A DNA stretch of 63,978 nucleotides, the filler included, from Reticulomyxa filosa (lineage: Eukaryota > Protista > Foraminifera): the NCBI GenBank assembly GCA_000512085.1. It is 25 parts of 25 records of this genome, joined end to end, with 100 filler letters (N's around TTAATTAATTAA, not from the genome) between each part and the next. Parts side by side here need not be neighbours in the genome. Positions count along the whole stretch, not along the records: positions 1 to 2,081 come from ASPP01013934.1; positions 2,182 to 5,033 come from ASPP01035051.1; positions 5,134 to 10,470 come from ASPP01006594.1; 22 more parts are not named here. One strand, given 5' to 3'. Position 1 is the first letter of the stretch. Each line of letters opens with the position of its first letter. The position numbers and the translations under genes were made by a program. The notes under the pieces are model-generated. The model had not been told where the DNA came from. It worked only from the letters and a program-made list of their open reading frames with translations, and searched no databases. Of this stretch, positions 1 to 10,470 are shown in pieces.

Positions 1-39
<39 letters not shown>

Positions 40-110
40 TTCAATACCCCCCCCCTTTTTTTTTTTTTTTTTTTGAATTGCTATAAACAAATGAACTGAC
101 GTAATATAAG

Positions 111-722
111 AACTTGGAAATCGTCTCACATATTCCATTACTCTAATGTTGGCCGATGTGGCGTCTATTCAACTCTTGGTTCAACAGTTGCCGAATATCC
201 CTTATTGGACTGAAATGGTCATTCTTTTTTTTGTTTATTTGCTTGTTGTTACATAAATCTACTGCGCATGGACGGAACATATGTGCCAAACAAAAATGAT
301 GACAGGACTTTTATATGTACACATGCTTCTTTTATTTGTTCTTAATCACTTCGTGGTCGTGCTTTGTTGGGATCAACGAAGAAGACCTCGGACCTGCCGA
401 TAATTACGCATTAATCTTCTTTTTGATCTTGTGGATCTTTTCAAACTTCATTTTCATCACTCGCGCCTTCATTCTATTTCATCAAGAAAGAGCCAGCTTA
501 GACTATTCCAAGGGCCAGTTAAAGAAGTACTACAGAGAATCGCGCAGCGATAGCGATCGAAGTGCGATCGAATGTAAATTTACCATTGATAAAGTCGATG
601 AGCAAGACTTTGATGATACTCTGCTATTTGACGGTCGAAAAGCTAAAAAAGGTGTTGTTATACCACAGCGAGAAAATGAACTGCTTCGATTGGGTACTAT
701 TCTTTCGTATGGCTTACGCTAA
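111..722 (+). CDS. Pentameric ligand-gated ion channel-like protein, M2-M4 and C-terminus (5' partial)
   Basis: Exon 111-217 gives ELGNRLTYSITLMLADVASIQLLVQQLPNIPYWTEM. A GT-AG intron (218-305) joins it to DFYMYTCFFYLFLITSW...DNYALIFFLILWIFSNFIFI. This fits the pLGIC M2, LPxIxYxTxxD loop, M3 and M4 pattern. Confidence 0.7.
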
Positions 723-1172
723 TCAATATGTTTTTTCATAAAACAAAAAAAGCATCAAAATGGCATATTTTCCTCCTCTCTCTATTTTCCATTTTTGCCT
801 GTTTTCTGCTGATTTGCATTGTATTGATTTCAAAATATTCTGAGACTTGATAGTTCACGGCATTGTTATGTTCCATTGTCCAAAAAAACATGTTTGAGCA
901 TATACAATATATGATTTTTTTTGGATAAAAAAAAATTCATTGTATCTATCTCGTTTAGTTTTTTTTTTTTTGAAATCAAAAAAAAAATATTATTTTTCCT
1001 CAATCGTTATGAATTTTTTTACATGCACGCACAAAAAAAGCACCTTGTGCTTTATTCCTACATTTGAAATGACATAAAAGGAAAAAAGCTCGACAGACCC
1101 AGTCTAAAAAAAAAAAAGAACGTACGAAGTGTACACAAATCAAAGACAAGTATAAAATTGGAACAGTTTGGG

Positions 1173-2081
1173 TTATTCATAGTCATTGATTGGCAATTGC
1201 AAATGTTGAGCTTTTGCTGTACCGTCATCAGTCTCTGGTTCTTCATCATCGCTAATACTGTTGAGAGACTCCAGGTCTGTAGCAACAGTTTCAGCGCATT
1301 CGCTATCGGCATATTCGAAATTGCTATCCCTTTGTCGAAGGGACAAACGTCCACGGCTTTCTTTAATGGACCCACCCATCCCCATATTTCCATACGATTG
1401 ACTGGCAGCGCCAAAGCGATTTGCACTGGACACAGGCTTCAAAGAGCCAGGATTTTGATTTGACTTTTGTTGGGCAGCTAAAGCTGGAATGCTGCCACTG
1501 TTGTTCTTCGAGGCTTTTTCTTTTTCCCATCTTTTGCGTTCTCTCAGAAATCTTTTCTTCTCATCGTGCAATTTTTGTTTTTCTTCGGTTATGGCCCGAT
1601 GTAACTCCAATACTTCTTTGTGTCTATTGTCCAAGTCTTCCTGTTGTTTACGGAACGCATCGGAACGTTCTTTTTGTTCGTCGACAAGCTGTTGCCAATG
1701 TTCTCTTTGTTTCTTCACGTCATCACGTTCACGAATTAGCAATTCGCTTCTGTCTTTCAAGTCCTTGCTCTTCATTTCATTGTTGTTGTTGTTGTGATCC
1801 ATTGGTTTTTTTTTTTTTATGCTTAGAAAGGGATACATAATAAAACAAAACAAAAAAAAAACAAAAGCAAAAAAAAATACTTGTTTGGTGATATCATTGA
1901 CTTCTTCATCCAACTCTTTTTCTTTCTCTTCCAATTGTTTTTCCTTCTCTTCCAACATTTTTAACTTTTCCTCTTGCGCACGCTTCAATTTCTGCAATAT
2001 GCTGTCTTTTTCGCGAATCATTTTTTTGGTTTCTTCCAATTCCTTCTTCACTTGTTCCGTGTCATTGGCATTGGCCGCTTC
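1173..2081 (-). CDS. Coiled-coil hypothetical protein, 3' part
   Basis: Long E/K/Q/R-rich heptad ORF with a probable intron around 1770-1880 (T/A-run insert). Open at the contig end. Confidence 0.6.
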   Translation of the reverse strand, partial: EAANANDTEQVKKELEETKKMIREKDSILQKLKRAQEEKLKMLEEKEKQLEEKEKELDEEVNDITKQVFFFAFVFFLFCFIMYPFLSIKKKKPMDHNNNNNEMKSKDLKDRSELLIRERDDVKKQREHWQQLVDEQKERSDAFRKQQEDLDNRHKEVLELHRAITEEKQKLHDEKKRFLRERKRWEKEKASKNNSGSIPALAAQQKSNQNPGSLKPVSSANRFGAASQSYGNMGMGGSIKESRGRLSLRQRDSNFEYADSECAETVATDLESLNSISDDEEPETDDGTAKAQHLQLPINDYE

Positions 2082-2181
2082 NNNNNNNNNNNNNNNNNNN
2101 NNNNNNNNNNNNNNNNNNNNNNNNNTTAATTAATTAANNNNNNNNNNNNNNNNNNNNNNNNNNNNNNNNNNNNNNNNNNNN
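2082..2181. other. Artificial contig spacer (44 N + TTAATTAATTAA + 44 N), first of 24
   Basis: Identical 100-bp spacers with stops in all six frames start at 2082, 5034, 10471, 12168, 15557, 16725, 18182, 23554, 24654, 27568, 28753, 32905, 35598, 37621, 44577, 47305, 48986, 50870, 54149, 56594, 57834, 59486, 61092 and 62797. Confidence 0.99.
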
Positions 2182-2832
2182 TGATTAAGGATTCATTTTA
2201 AAAAACAATTGTAATTTTTAATTATATGTAGTTAATTTGTTTTTGGAGTCATAACTGTACAAGCTAAAATGAAATGCTTTTTTCAATGTTTTGTCAAAAA
2301 TGTCAAAATATTCAAAAACTTGAGCATTTTTTGAAACAAACATCTATGAGCAGTAAATTATGTCTTAGTGAAGAGAAAAAGGGGGGTTTTTTTTTCGTCT
2401 GTCCTGTCCACTTCGCTAAATAAATAAAAAATGGTTTTTTATCTTTGGATGCTGTGCATCCTTCAACAAAAAAAAAAAAGTGAATAATGGGGCAAGGCCC
2501 CCCCGTCTCCGCAAGGAGTCAACATGGTTATATAATAATAAATATATATATTGATGTGATCGATTGATTGTGCTTTCGATAACAGCCGCAGCCCGTCCAG
2601 CAAAAAAAAATATATGTTCAATACAATCCAAAGAAAAATTTCGGGGTTGAAGCCATCCCCGTGTTGAAAAAAAAATAAAAGGGTTTGAATTTATTTTTTT
2701 TTTTATATTTTATTATAAAATAATTGTTTGCTTTGTTAATAGGCATGCCCCCATCAAAAAAAGACCCCCCTTCAAAGCATCAAAAGAAAAATAAATAGAA
2801 GATTGGAATTGGAGCTTAGCTCCGAGAGTCAA
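2182..2832 (+). repeat. Structured repeat copy A (left inverted arm)
   Basis: Hairpins GGATGC-TGT-GCATCC (2447-2461), GGGGC-AAG-GCCCC (2489-2501), CTCC-GCAA-GGAG (2507-2518) and CGGGG-TTGAAGCCAT-CCCCG (2642-2661). Confidence 0.9.
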
Positions 2833-3843
2833 AGTTTTATTTTTTTATTTTTTTTCTTCAAAGAATGAAAAATTGTTTGATTTTATTATGTTTGTAGGTT
2901 GCAAGTCGTCGAAAAAAGATTGGAAGTTTTTGTTTTTTTATTTTTTTATTTTTATTTTTTATTTGTATTGCGAGATATATGGAAAATTGTGGAAAATGAA
3001 AGATAAAATTGGTGAAAAGGAAAGTGAAAAATGGAGAAAATTAAAGTGAAAATTTGGGAAAATGTAAAAAAATAAAGAAAAATGTGAAAAATTTTAATTA
3101 AGAAAGATAGTGAAAAAAATTATATTTTAGATAATGAAAAAAATAAAAAAGAAAAAAAAATGATAACAATTGAAAAAGAAAGGGAAAAAAAAAAGAGAAC
3201 ATTGGGAAAAAAGAGAAAAAATAGAGGAAAAGATTGAAAAAAAGACGGGAAAATATCCCGAAAAACGATAATTTTATTGCTGCGACGACCAAGAAGGCCT
3301 GGCCAAAGTGGCAAACGCTTGCAAGTGCAGTCGTTAAGAATTACTTTATTGTTGGAGCGACTGTGGACTGACTGACAGCTTGTTGGATACGATGCAAACT
3401 TATATTCGTTTGTCAAGATAAAGAAAACGTAGATTTGATATCTTGCAAAGTGGTAGCGATGTCGATACTAGGCAGCAGCGATTAATGTGGCGGATACAAG
3501 CATCGAGTCGCATACAACAAGTCTTAAGTCAGCTCATAGCCACTTTGTACGCATTTGCGTTAGGTTCGAATAGAAGTGATTTTTGAATTGTAAGGTAGTC
3601 GAATCGTTTCAAGCAAGAAACAAGAAAGGCGATGAGAATATAAAAAGAAAGAAAAATAAGAATAGAATAAGTCCAAGAACAAAGAAGAAGAAAATAATAT
3701 TATACTCAATCTGATCGCCAGTCCAAACGTTGGACGTTATCGTTATTGGAAGTGTTCTCGTCACAAGGGCGACTAGTGCAGATTGGCTTCGGTGATAGAG
3801 TTGGGATAATTGAATAAGCTCTATCAAATTAATCCAGGACAAA

Positions 3844-4575
3844 CTGACTCTGGTAGCGAAGCTCCAATTCCAATCACACTATATTTTTTTCTTTTGTCAC
3901 GTGAGAGGGAGGGGTTAACCAAATTTGTTTGAGGGGGGGCATGCCTATTAACAAAAACAAAACAAACATTTTATACTAAAATAAAAAAATTAAAAAAAAA
4001 ATCACTATTTCATTTTTTTTTAAACACATGAGTGGCTTCAACTCCTAAATTTTTCTTTGGAGTGTAGGATGATGACGTATACTTTTTTTATTTTTTATTT
4101 TTTGCTGACGGTTTGAGGCTGTTATCAAAAACACAGACGATCGAGTACATCAAAAAAAAAAAATATATATCTAACAAACAGTGTTTACTCCTTGCGGAGA
4201 CAGGTGGCCTACCCCATTATTCATTTTTTTTTGTTGAAGGATGCACAGCATCCAAAGATAAACACCATTTTTTATTTATTTAGCGAAGTGGACAGACGAA
4301 AAAAAAAAAAGAAACCTTTTTCTCTTCATTAAGACATAATTTACAACTCATAAATATTTACTTCAATTGTAATTTTTGGAATATTTTGACATTTTTTGAC
4401 AAAACAACTTGAAAAAAGCAAAAAATTAAAAAGCATTTTTTTTGTGCTTGTGCAACGTGATTCCAAAAACAACTTAATTAAAACTTATAATTGTTTTTTG
4501 AAATGAATCCTTAATCAAATATTCACTTTTTCTTGAGTAATGATTTTTTTCTGGAAGAGAAAAAGTTCTCATGGC
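3844..4575 (-). repeat. Structured repeat copy B (right inverted arm)
   Basis: On the + strand: GAGT-GGCTTCA-ACTC (4030-4044), CTCC-TTGC-GGAG (4188-4199), GGATGC-ACA-GCATCC (4239-4253). Matches copy C out to GTTCTCATGGC (~4570-4575). Confidence 0.9.
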
Positions 4576-4754
4576 TTAACTAAATGAAGTAATAGTATAA
4601 TTTGTTAAAATTTCTTGATCAAGTTATAGTTGTTAAAAAAATTGAACACAAGTTTCAGGTTCACAGAGGGATATTGTTAGCTGTAATTAAGATAAGATAT
4701 TTTATAGGCATTCACATAAATAAAGATTAAAAGCCTTCGTGGTACGAAACGATT

Positions 4755-5033
4755 TTGATTACACCTGATTTGAATGAAAGGACTGTGTTCCCGGAGGTCA
4801 TGAGAGACAATTGCATTAAGTTGATTCAACACGAACAGGGGCAAGAGCAAGGTCAAGTGCAAGGGCAGCGGTCAAATATCGACAGTCACAAAGACTCACA
4901 CAAAAAGAAGGCCAAAAATGAGCGGTGGGCAAAAGTGCAAGTCATTGAAAAAGCAGTGTCGGTTGACGAACTGATGAAATGGATTGAAAACAAACAAATC
5001 ATTGAAATTTTTGCTACCGATTCAGTCAATGTG
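4755..5033 (+). pseudogene. Degenerate branched-chain aminotransferase (class IV PLP) C-terminal fragment
   Basis: LITPDLNERTVFPEVMRDNCIKL and KVQVIEKAVSVDELMKWIENKQIIEIFATDSVNV resemble BCAT LxTPxLxxTILPGVTRDSxxxL and xVxERxxxxxEL...EVFGxGTAAV. The key PGV and GTAA motifs are altered and no upstream frame is intact. Confidence 0.5.
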
Positions 5034-5160
5034 NNNNNNNNNNNNNNNNNNNNNNNNNNNNNNNNNNNNNNNNNNNNTTAATTAATTAANNNNNNNNNNN
5101 NNNNNNNNNNNNNNNNNNNNNNNNNNNNNNNNNTTTTTTTTTTTTTTTTTGTAAATATAG

Positions 5161-8100
5161 GTGTCGTACACGATATGGAGAAATTTGGTGCAATTTTGTG
5201 GTGGCACTTTGAAAAGACACTTTGGTAAAATGTTGACGATTTTTACAACGGGGTTAAAAGATTCGGAATCTCCCAAAGTTCAAGTGGAATCCGTGAAAGC
5301 CATTGGAGCAATGGTGGAGTTTTTGCAACATGACAAGGAAGTGGAAATTGTTGGAGGAGTGATCCCACAAATGGTTGAAGTGATTGAACAGTGTCTGAAA
5401 AAAGGCGATGAGCAAAACGTTTGTGATGGAATTGAAGTCTTTATTGAATTAGTCGAATCGCGCGTGCCAGTGTTGAAAAAACATGGAGTCGAACTAACCA
5501 AATTTATGATGAGAATTGCATCTGCTAAAGTTATTTATTATCATTGTTTTTCCCTCGAAAACATACAACACACCGATACATGATGATGACAAAGAGTACC
5601 AATTGTCATGTTTATTTGTGTCGGTGATATTGGTGCGAGGACGCACTAAGGCAAAGAAAAAGAAACAAAACTAGCGTTCACAAAAATACACTTTCCAACT
5701 AGGACAAATTGCCAATGACTGTACGTAAACAAGCAGTGAATTATATGACGTGGATGTGCAAATCAAAGCCAAAATTGGTGCTTAAATATGACCTGGTCCA
5801 ACAATTTTTGGCGTTGTGTGTGAATTTGGTCATGGAAAGTGAAAACATCGAGGAAAGCCAAGTCAAGGAAGAAGATGTCAAAAACAATGAAGGACCTGAA
5901 TTTGTGACCCCACTTGGAGTGGCATGCGATTTGATGGATGAAATATTTTTGAACATACCATCCGAAGTGTGTTTCCCCTTGGCGGTCAAAGTTGAGAAAG
6001 CTAACAAACAAAGTTACACACATGTCTATGGAGACACGGTTTTTGTGACGTCTTTCACATTTTTTTTTTTCTTGTAATATTAGGCAATCCAACAATTAGT
6101 TAACGAAGAAAATTCCAAAAGACGTAAAAGTGCCTATGTAATGATGGCCATGATGGTGGAAGGATGCAACCAAATAATCATGAAAGGAGACAACTTGGCG
6201 ATATTGTTGAAAGCTGCAATCAAAGGCATCAAAGATGAAGACGCCTATTGCCGAAAATGTGCATTTGAGGCTTTGTCTCAATTTTGCACTCATGCATCAG
6301 AAGAGATGATTGGATTTCACAAGATGATTTTGCCAGAAGTGTTCAAATCATTTGAACGTGAAAACGAAGAAGTGCGTGTGCGAGAAAGAGCGTTGAATAC
6401 GATCGAATTGTTTGTGGATTGTTTTAATGATTGTGACGAAGAAGACACTGATTTCAAAATTGAAGACTATTTGGAACCAATCATGAACACTATTGTTTAG
6501 TTTGAAAGAAAATAAACAAGAGGGAAAAGAGTTCATCAGAAACGTACACAAAATTATTATACAAAAAAATAAAACAGGGAAAATGTTTAGCCACCAAAAA
6601 TAAAACATTGCAAGTTCAAGCAGTTGCAACATTGGCATCAACCGCCTCTTCAGCAGGCTCTGCATTTGTGAAATACTTGCCTCAAGTGTTGAAGCTGTTG
6701 GAACAGTTATTGCAAATTACAGATAAAAAACAATTGGAATTACGTGCTGAAGCAACACAATGTCTGGGAGCAGTGGCAATTGCAGCTGGCCGCGAGCATT
6801 ACGGCCCACATTTTGCAAAATACCATGCATTTATAATGAACGGAGTGAAAGAATTTGACGATTCTTCATTGCGTGAGGCAACTTTTATGTACTTTAGCGA
6901 GTTGGCAGAAGTCATGGGAAGCGAGATATTTAATTTGGATAGTTTCGATGATATGTTTTCATTGTGTCTTGTGACCATGGCAGATGATGACGGATTAGCA
7001 GTAGAAATGCCCGATGATGGTTTCAGCGAGGCAGTTCCCAAAGGTTTCTTGGATGCACAAGACAAATTGGAAAAACAACAACTCGAAGCACTCGAAGACG
7101 ACGAAGAGTTGGATGGTGCCAAATTAGAAGAATTGGACGATGAGGAATTGCAAAAATTGATCAACCAAGCAGTGAATGATGAAGATGAAGAAGCAGAAGA
7201 CGACGAAGAAGACGACGATGATTTGGACGAAGCTGTAGGTCAAATGAGGTCAGTGAAATTGAACGTGACAACGGGATTTATGGAGGAAAAAGCAGCCGCA
7301 ATTCATTCCATTTCACAATTTATTGCCCACGGAAAGTTTGGCTTTTTGAATTACGTTGATGATGTTTGGGAGCAAATTCTTTATTTATGGGAATATCCTC
7401 ACTCCTTGGTAAAACTGGCTTTATCGCATTGCGTTCATGAGTTGTTAGTTTTGATCACCCGATTCTCGCTCATGGAAAAACCTCATGACGTAGAAGAAAA
7501 TACCGATATCTGGACCTATAAATGGACCCAAGGCAATGACGAATACGAATGGGGACCACGAGTCGAAGAGTGGATTGACAAGATTTTCCCATTATACATT
7601 CAAGCGATCCATGACGAAGATGACAAAGACACATTGGCTTCAATGTTGGATAGTTTCAACACTCAACTGAAAATGTTGGGCCCAAGATCGGTGAAAAAAC
7701 ACATGGAAGCATTGATGACTGCCATTAACAATTTCTATAACGAAAAGACAGCTTGTCATGCAAGCAGTGATGTCGAAAATGAGGAAACGGAAGATGTCAC
7801 CACGAAACACAAATTTGTGACTGATGTTGTTGCAGAAACTTTGGGAATGCTAGCCGAGTTGTGGGGTGAAAAATTTTTGCCTTTGTTTGAAAAAGTCTAT
7901 CCTGTGATTTTGAAATGGGCAAAACAAAACCGTCATCCACATGATCAAGCAATGGCAGTTGGCTGCATTGCAGATGTTGCCATAAGATTGGTCAGTCTCA
8001 AAACTGGACCCATGACCAAATTTGCTGACAGTGCTTTCAAAACTGCTTTGCGAGTTGCCCAGTCTCAAGAAAACAATACTCGTCAAAATGCTTTGTACTG

Positions 8101-8785
8101 TATTGGCGCCTTATTTTTAACCTGCAGCCAAGAAGCTAATTTGAAACACTCGCAAAATTGCTTACGTTGTGTCAACACATACATGAAATTTCCAAAAGAT
8201 GGATCTCATGGTAAGTCAACACATACTCTAGCCAAATTTTGAGTTTGCAAGCCTTTTTTGATGTATACATGATGTTGATGACATTTGTATGTAGGCGAGC
8301 AATTGACACGTGATAATGCCGTAAGCGCATTAGGCAAAATGATGATGGCAGAATCAGATTCTTTACCTTGTGATAAATTATTGCCTGCGTTTTTGCAATC
8401 ATTGCCACTTACTGCAGATTTCAGTGAATATCATTGGGTTTATAAAGTCCTTATCCACTTTGTTACAAAAGAAAAAGAAAAGGTAAAGTTGTGCTACTTG
8501 TTTTTCTCTTTGAATATTCAACATCATAGATTCCGTTATTTTCAATATTATTGTTTGTGTTTGAATTATTTTATCTTTTAGATAAAACCTCACCTAGTAC
8601 AAACTTTGAGTATATTTGCAAATGGAATTCAAGACGACAATGTACCTGATTCAGCGAAAGAGAATATTTCATCGTGTTTGCAAGATCTATGCAAAGATAA
8701 GAGCATCCAACAAGTTGTTCAAACCCAAGTACCTGAAGCTCAACGCCAAATCATAGTTCGTGCTTGTCAACCTTCGCAACAATAA
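5161..8785 (+). CDS. IPO4: Importin-4 (Kap123-like, importin-beta family), 5' partial
   Basis: GT-AG exons 5161-5529, 5703-5990, 6084-6494, 6578-8210, 8295-8482 and 8582-8785 splice in frame. HEAT repeats, acidic loop, LREATFMYFSELA, FMEEKAAA, RDNAVSALGKMM and LPLTADFSE are typical of IPO4. Confidence 0.85.
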
Positions 8786-9691
8786 GTGAGCATGATTGTA
8801 CTACTTTTTGCCACAACGGTTTTTTATTGTTTGGGATGTATGTGGCACACCAAATAAAGTCTCTTTGGGAATGCTTTGTTTGTGAACCCTAGGAATAATA
8901 AGAAGTCGATAGGGACTTATGGGTGTAGTTTCATTCGGGATGTGAATTTTATTTGTTTGGGTTTTGACTTATGTGTGAAATTTGCGTTTATAGAGTTTTG
9001 CATGGGTTTAATCTTCCACACAAAACAGGGACGTGTGAGTTATATGTTTTTACTTCCGAATTATCAATAATTTTCAACAAGATTGGGAATTTCAAAATTT
9101 TGAAAATGAATTAATTCTGCCACTTGTTAACATTTAATTTTTCTTCGACAAAATGATATCTTTATTTCTGGTCACATGTCTCTTTATCATTATTTCTTGT
9201 ATTTCTTTTGGTGACATCAACAGAAATGATATTCTATCTAATCGAATTGTAACCCGAACTTTTTTCCAATTTTTGTTGTATAAGGATCAAAATAATCGGG
9301 TGATTTTTGAGAATAGTGACCCACTTTGTGTTTTTTGTTCAATAATCCAACATTTTATCGATTTTATTTTGTCAATTTTGTTTGCTCAAGCAATTGAAGT
9401 AAACACTTGCCGCTCTCGGCTGTGAAAATAGATTACTTTAAGATATTTATATTTTTCATTTTTTTTTACAGAAGTTAAGATCTATATCGTTTATTGCCGA
9501 TAATCGTTTTTAGAAACGTGAAAAAAAAAGGGCTGCATTACGTACTAGAGCACTCGTTCTGTGAAAACGTTGCTGCGACGACGCTCCTTTTTATTTTGAT
9601 GTTTTTGCCTTCCCAAAAGTGTTGTTTCATTCGCAACCATTCGAGCTGTTTTTTTTGAGTAAAATAAATAAAGAAATAGAAATAAAATACA

Positions 9692-10396
9692 ATGTCAAGA
9701 CGTCATATGAAGCGTTATAGTGAAGGAGGACTTTTTTTTGGGAAGAGGCGCATACGGTGTGGTAGTGCAGGCAGAGGCACTAGTGGACGTGAACAAAAAA
9801 GTGAAAAAGGGTCAACGCGTAGCAATCAAAACAATTGATGGGGTTTTCACCAACAGACAAGAGGCGAGGTGTCTATTGCGTGAATTGCACATATTGCAAT
9901 TGTTCCAAGGCCACGACTCCATGGTACAACTGCTGGACATTATACCTCCTTCAGATCCCAAAACGTTTTCTCACATGTTTTGTAAAAAAATTTTTTCAAT
10001 ATGTACCAAAAAAAAAAACATATCAACAATTTGACAACGTATAACCCCACCAATTTCAACCAAAAAAAAAAATGGCCAGGTCTCTTGTGTTTGAATGTGC
10101 TGAAGCTGATTTGAAACAAGTGGTGAAATCCAATCAGCAATTCACGTATGTCCTAACTTTTCCTTCCCCCCCCTCTCCTTCCCTATTTTAAAATTTTTTT
10201 AATATTAGTTTGTCATCTTTTTTTTTGGTGCCCCGTTCGCTCCCTCTTTTCTCTTCTTCTTTTAATTAGGTCACTTCATGTGGAGTACATTATGTACCAA
10301 CTATGTAATGCATGCTTTTATATGCATTCTGCTGGCATTGTGCACCGAGATCTAAAGCCAGCAAATATTTTGATCAATTCGAACTGTACTATTAAA
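9692..10396 (+). CDS. MAP kinase family Ser/Thr kinase, N-terminal part (3' truncated)
   Basis: LGRGAYGVV, VAIK, ARCLLRELHIL, YIMYQL and HRDLKPANILINSNC. Two introns. The ATG at 9692 is one base out of frame with the kinase ORF at 9720, so the true start is uncertain. Confidence 0.85.
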
Positions 10397-10435
10397 GTTC
10401 AGTTTAACAAAAGGGGGAGAAGGGAGAGGCGAGCT

Positions 10436-10470
<35 letters not shown>

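Larger units (their letters stand above)
2182..4575. mobile_element. Putative non-autonomous element with long, diverged inverted repeats (left end cut by contig start)
   Basis: 2182-~2832 is an imperfect reverse complement of ~3844-4517 (e.g. TGATTAAGGATTCATTT / AAATGAATCCTTAATCA; GATTGGAATTGGAGCTT / AAGCTCCAATTCCAATC). The ~1 kb interior has no intact ORF. A further copy lies at ~41725-42347. Confidence 0.7.

Noticed and set aside
2182-4575. Assigning the repeat to tRNA, rRNA, snRNA, riboswitch or hammerhead families, or calling it a Fanzor/TnpB locus
   Set aside because: No diagnostic motifs were recognised and no RuvC or zinc-finger ORF is visible, so it is left unclassified.
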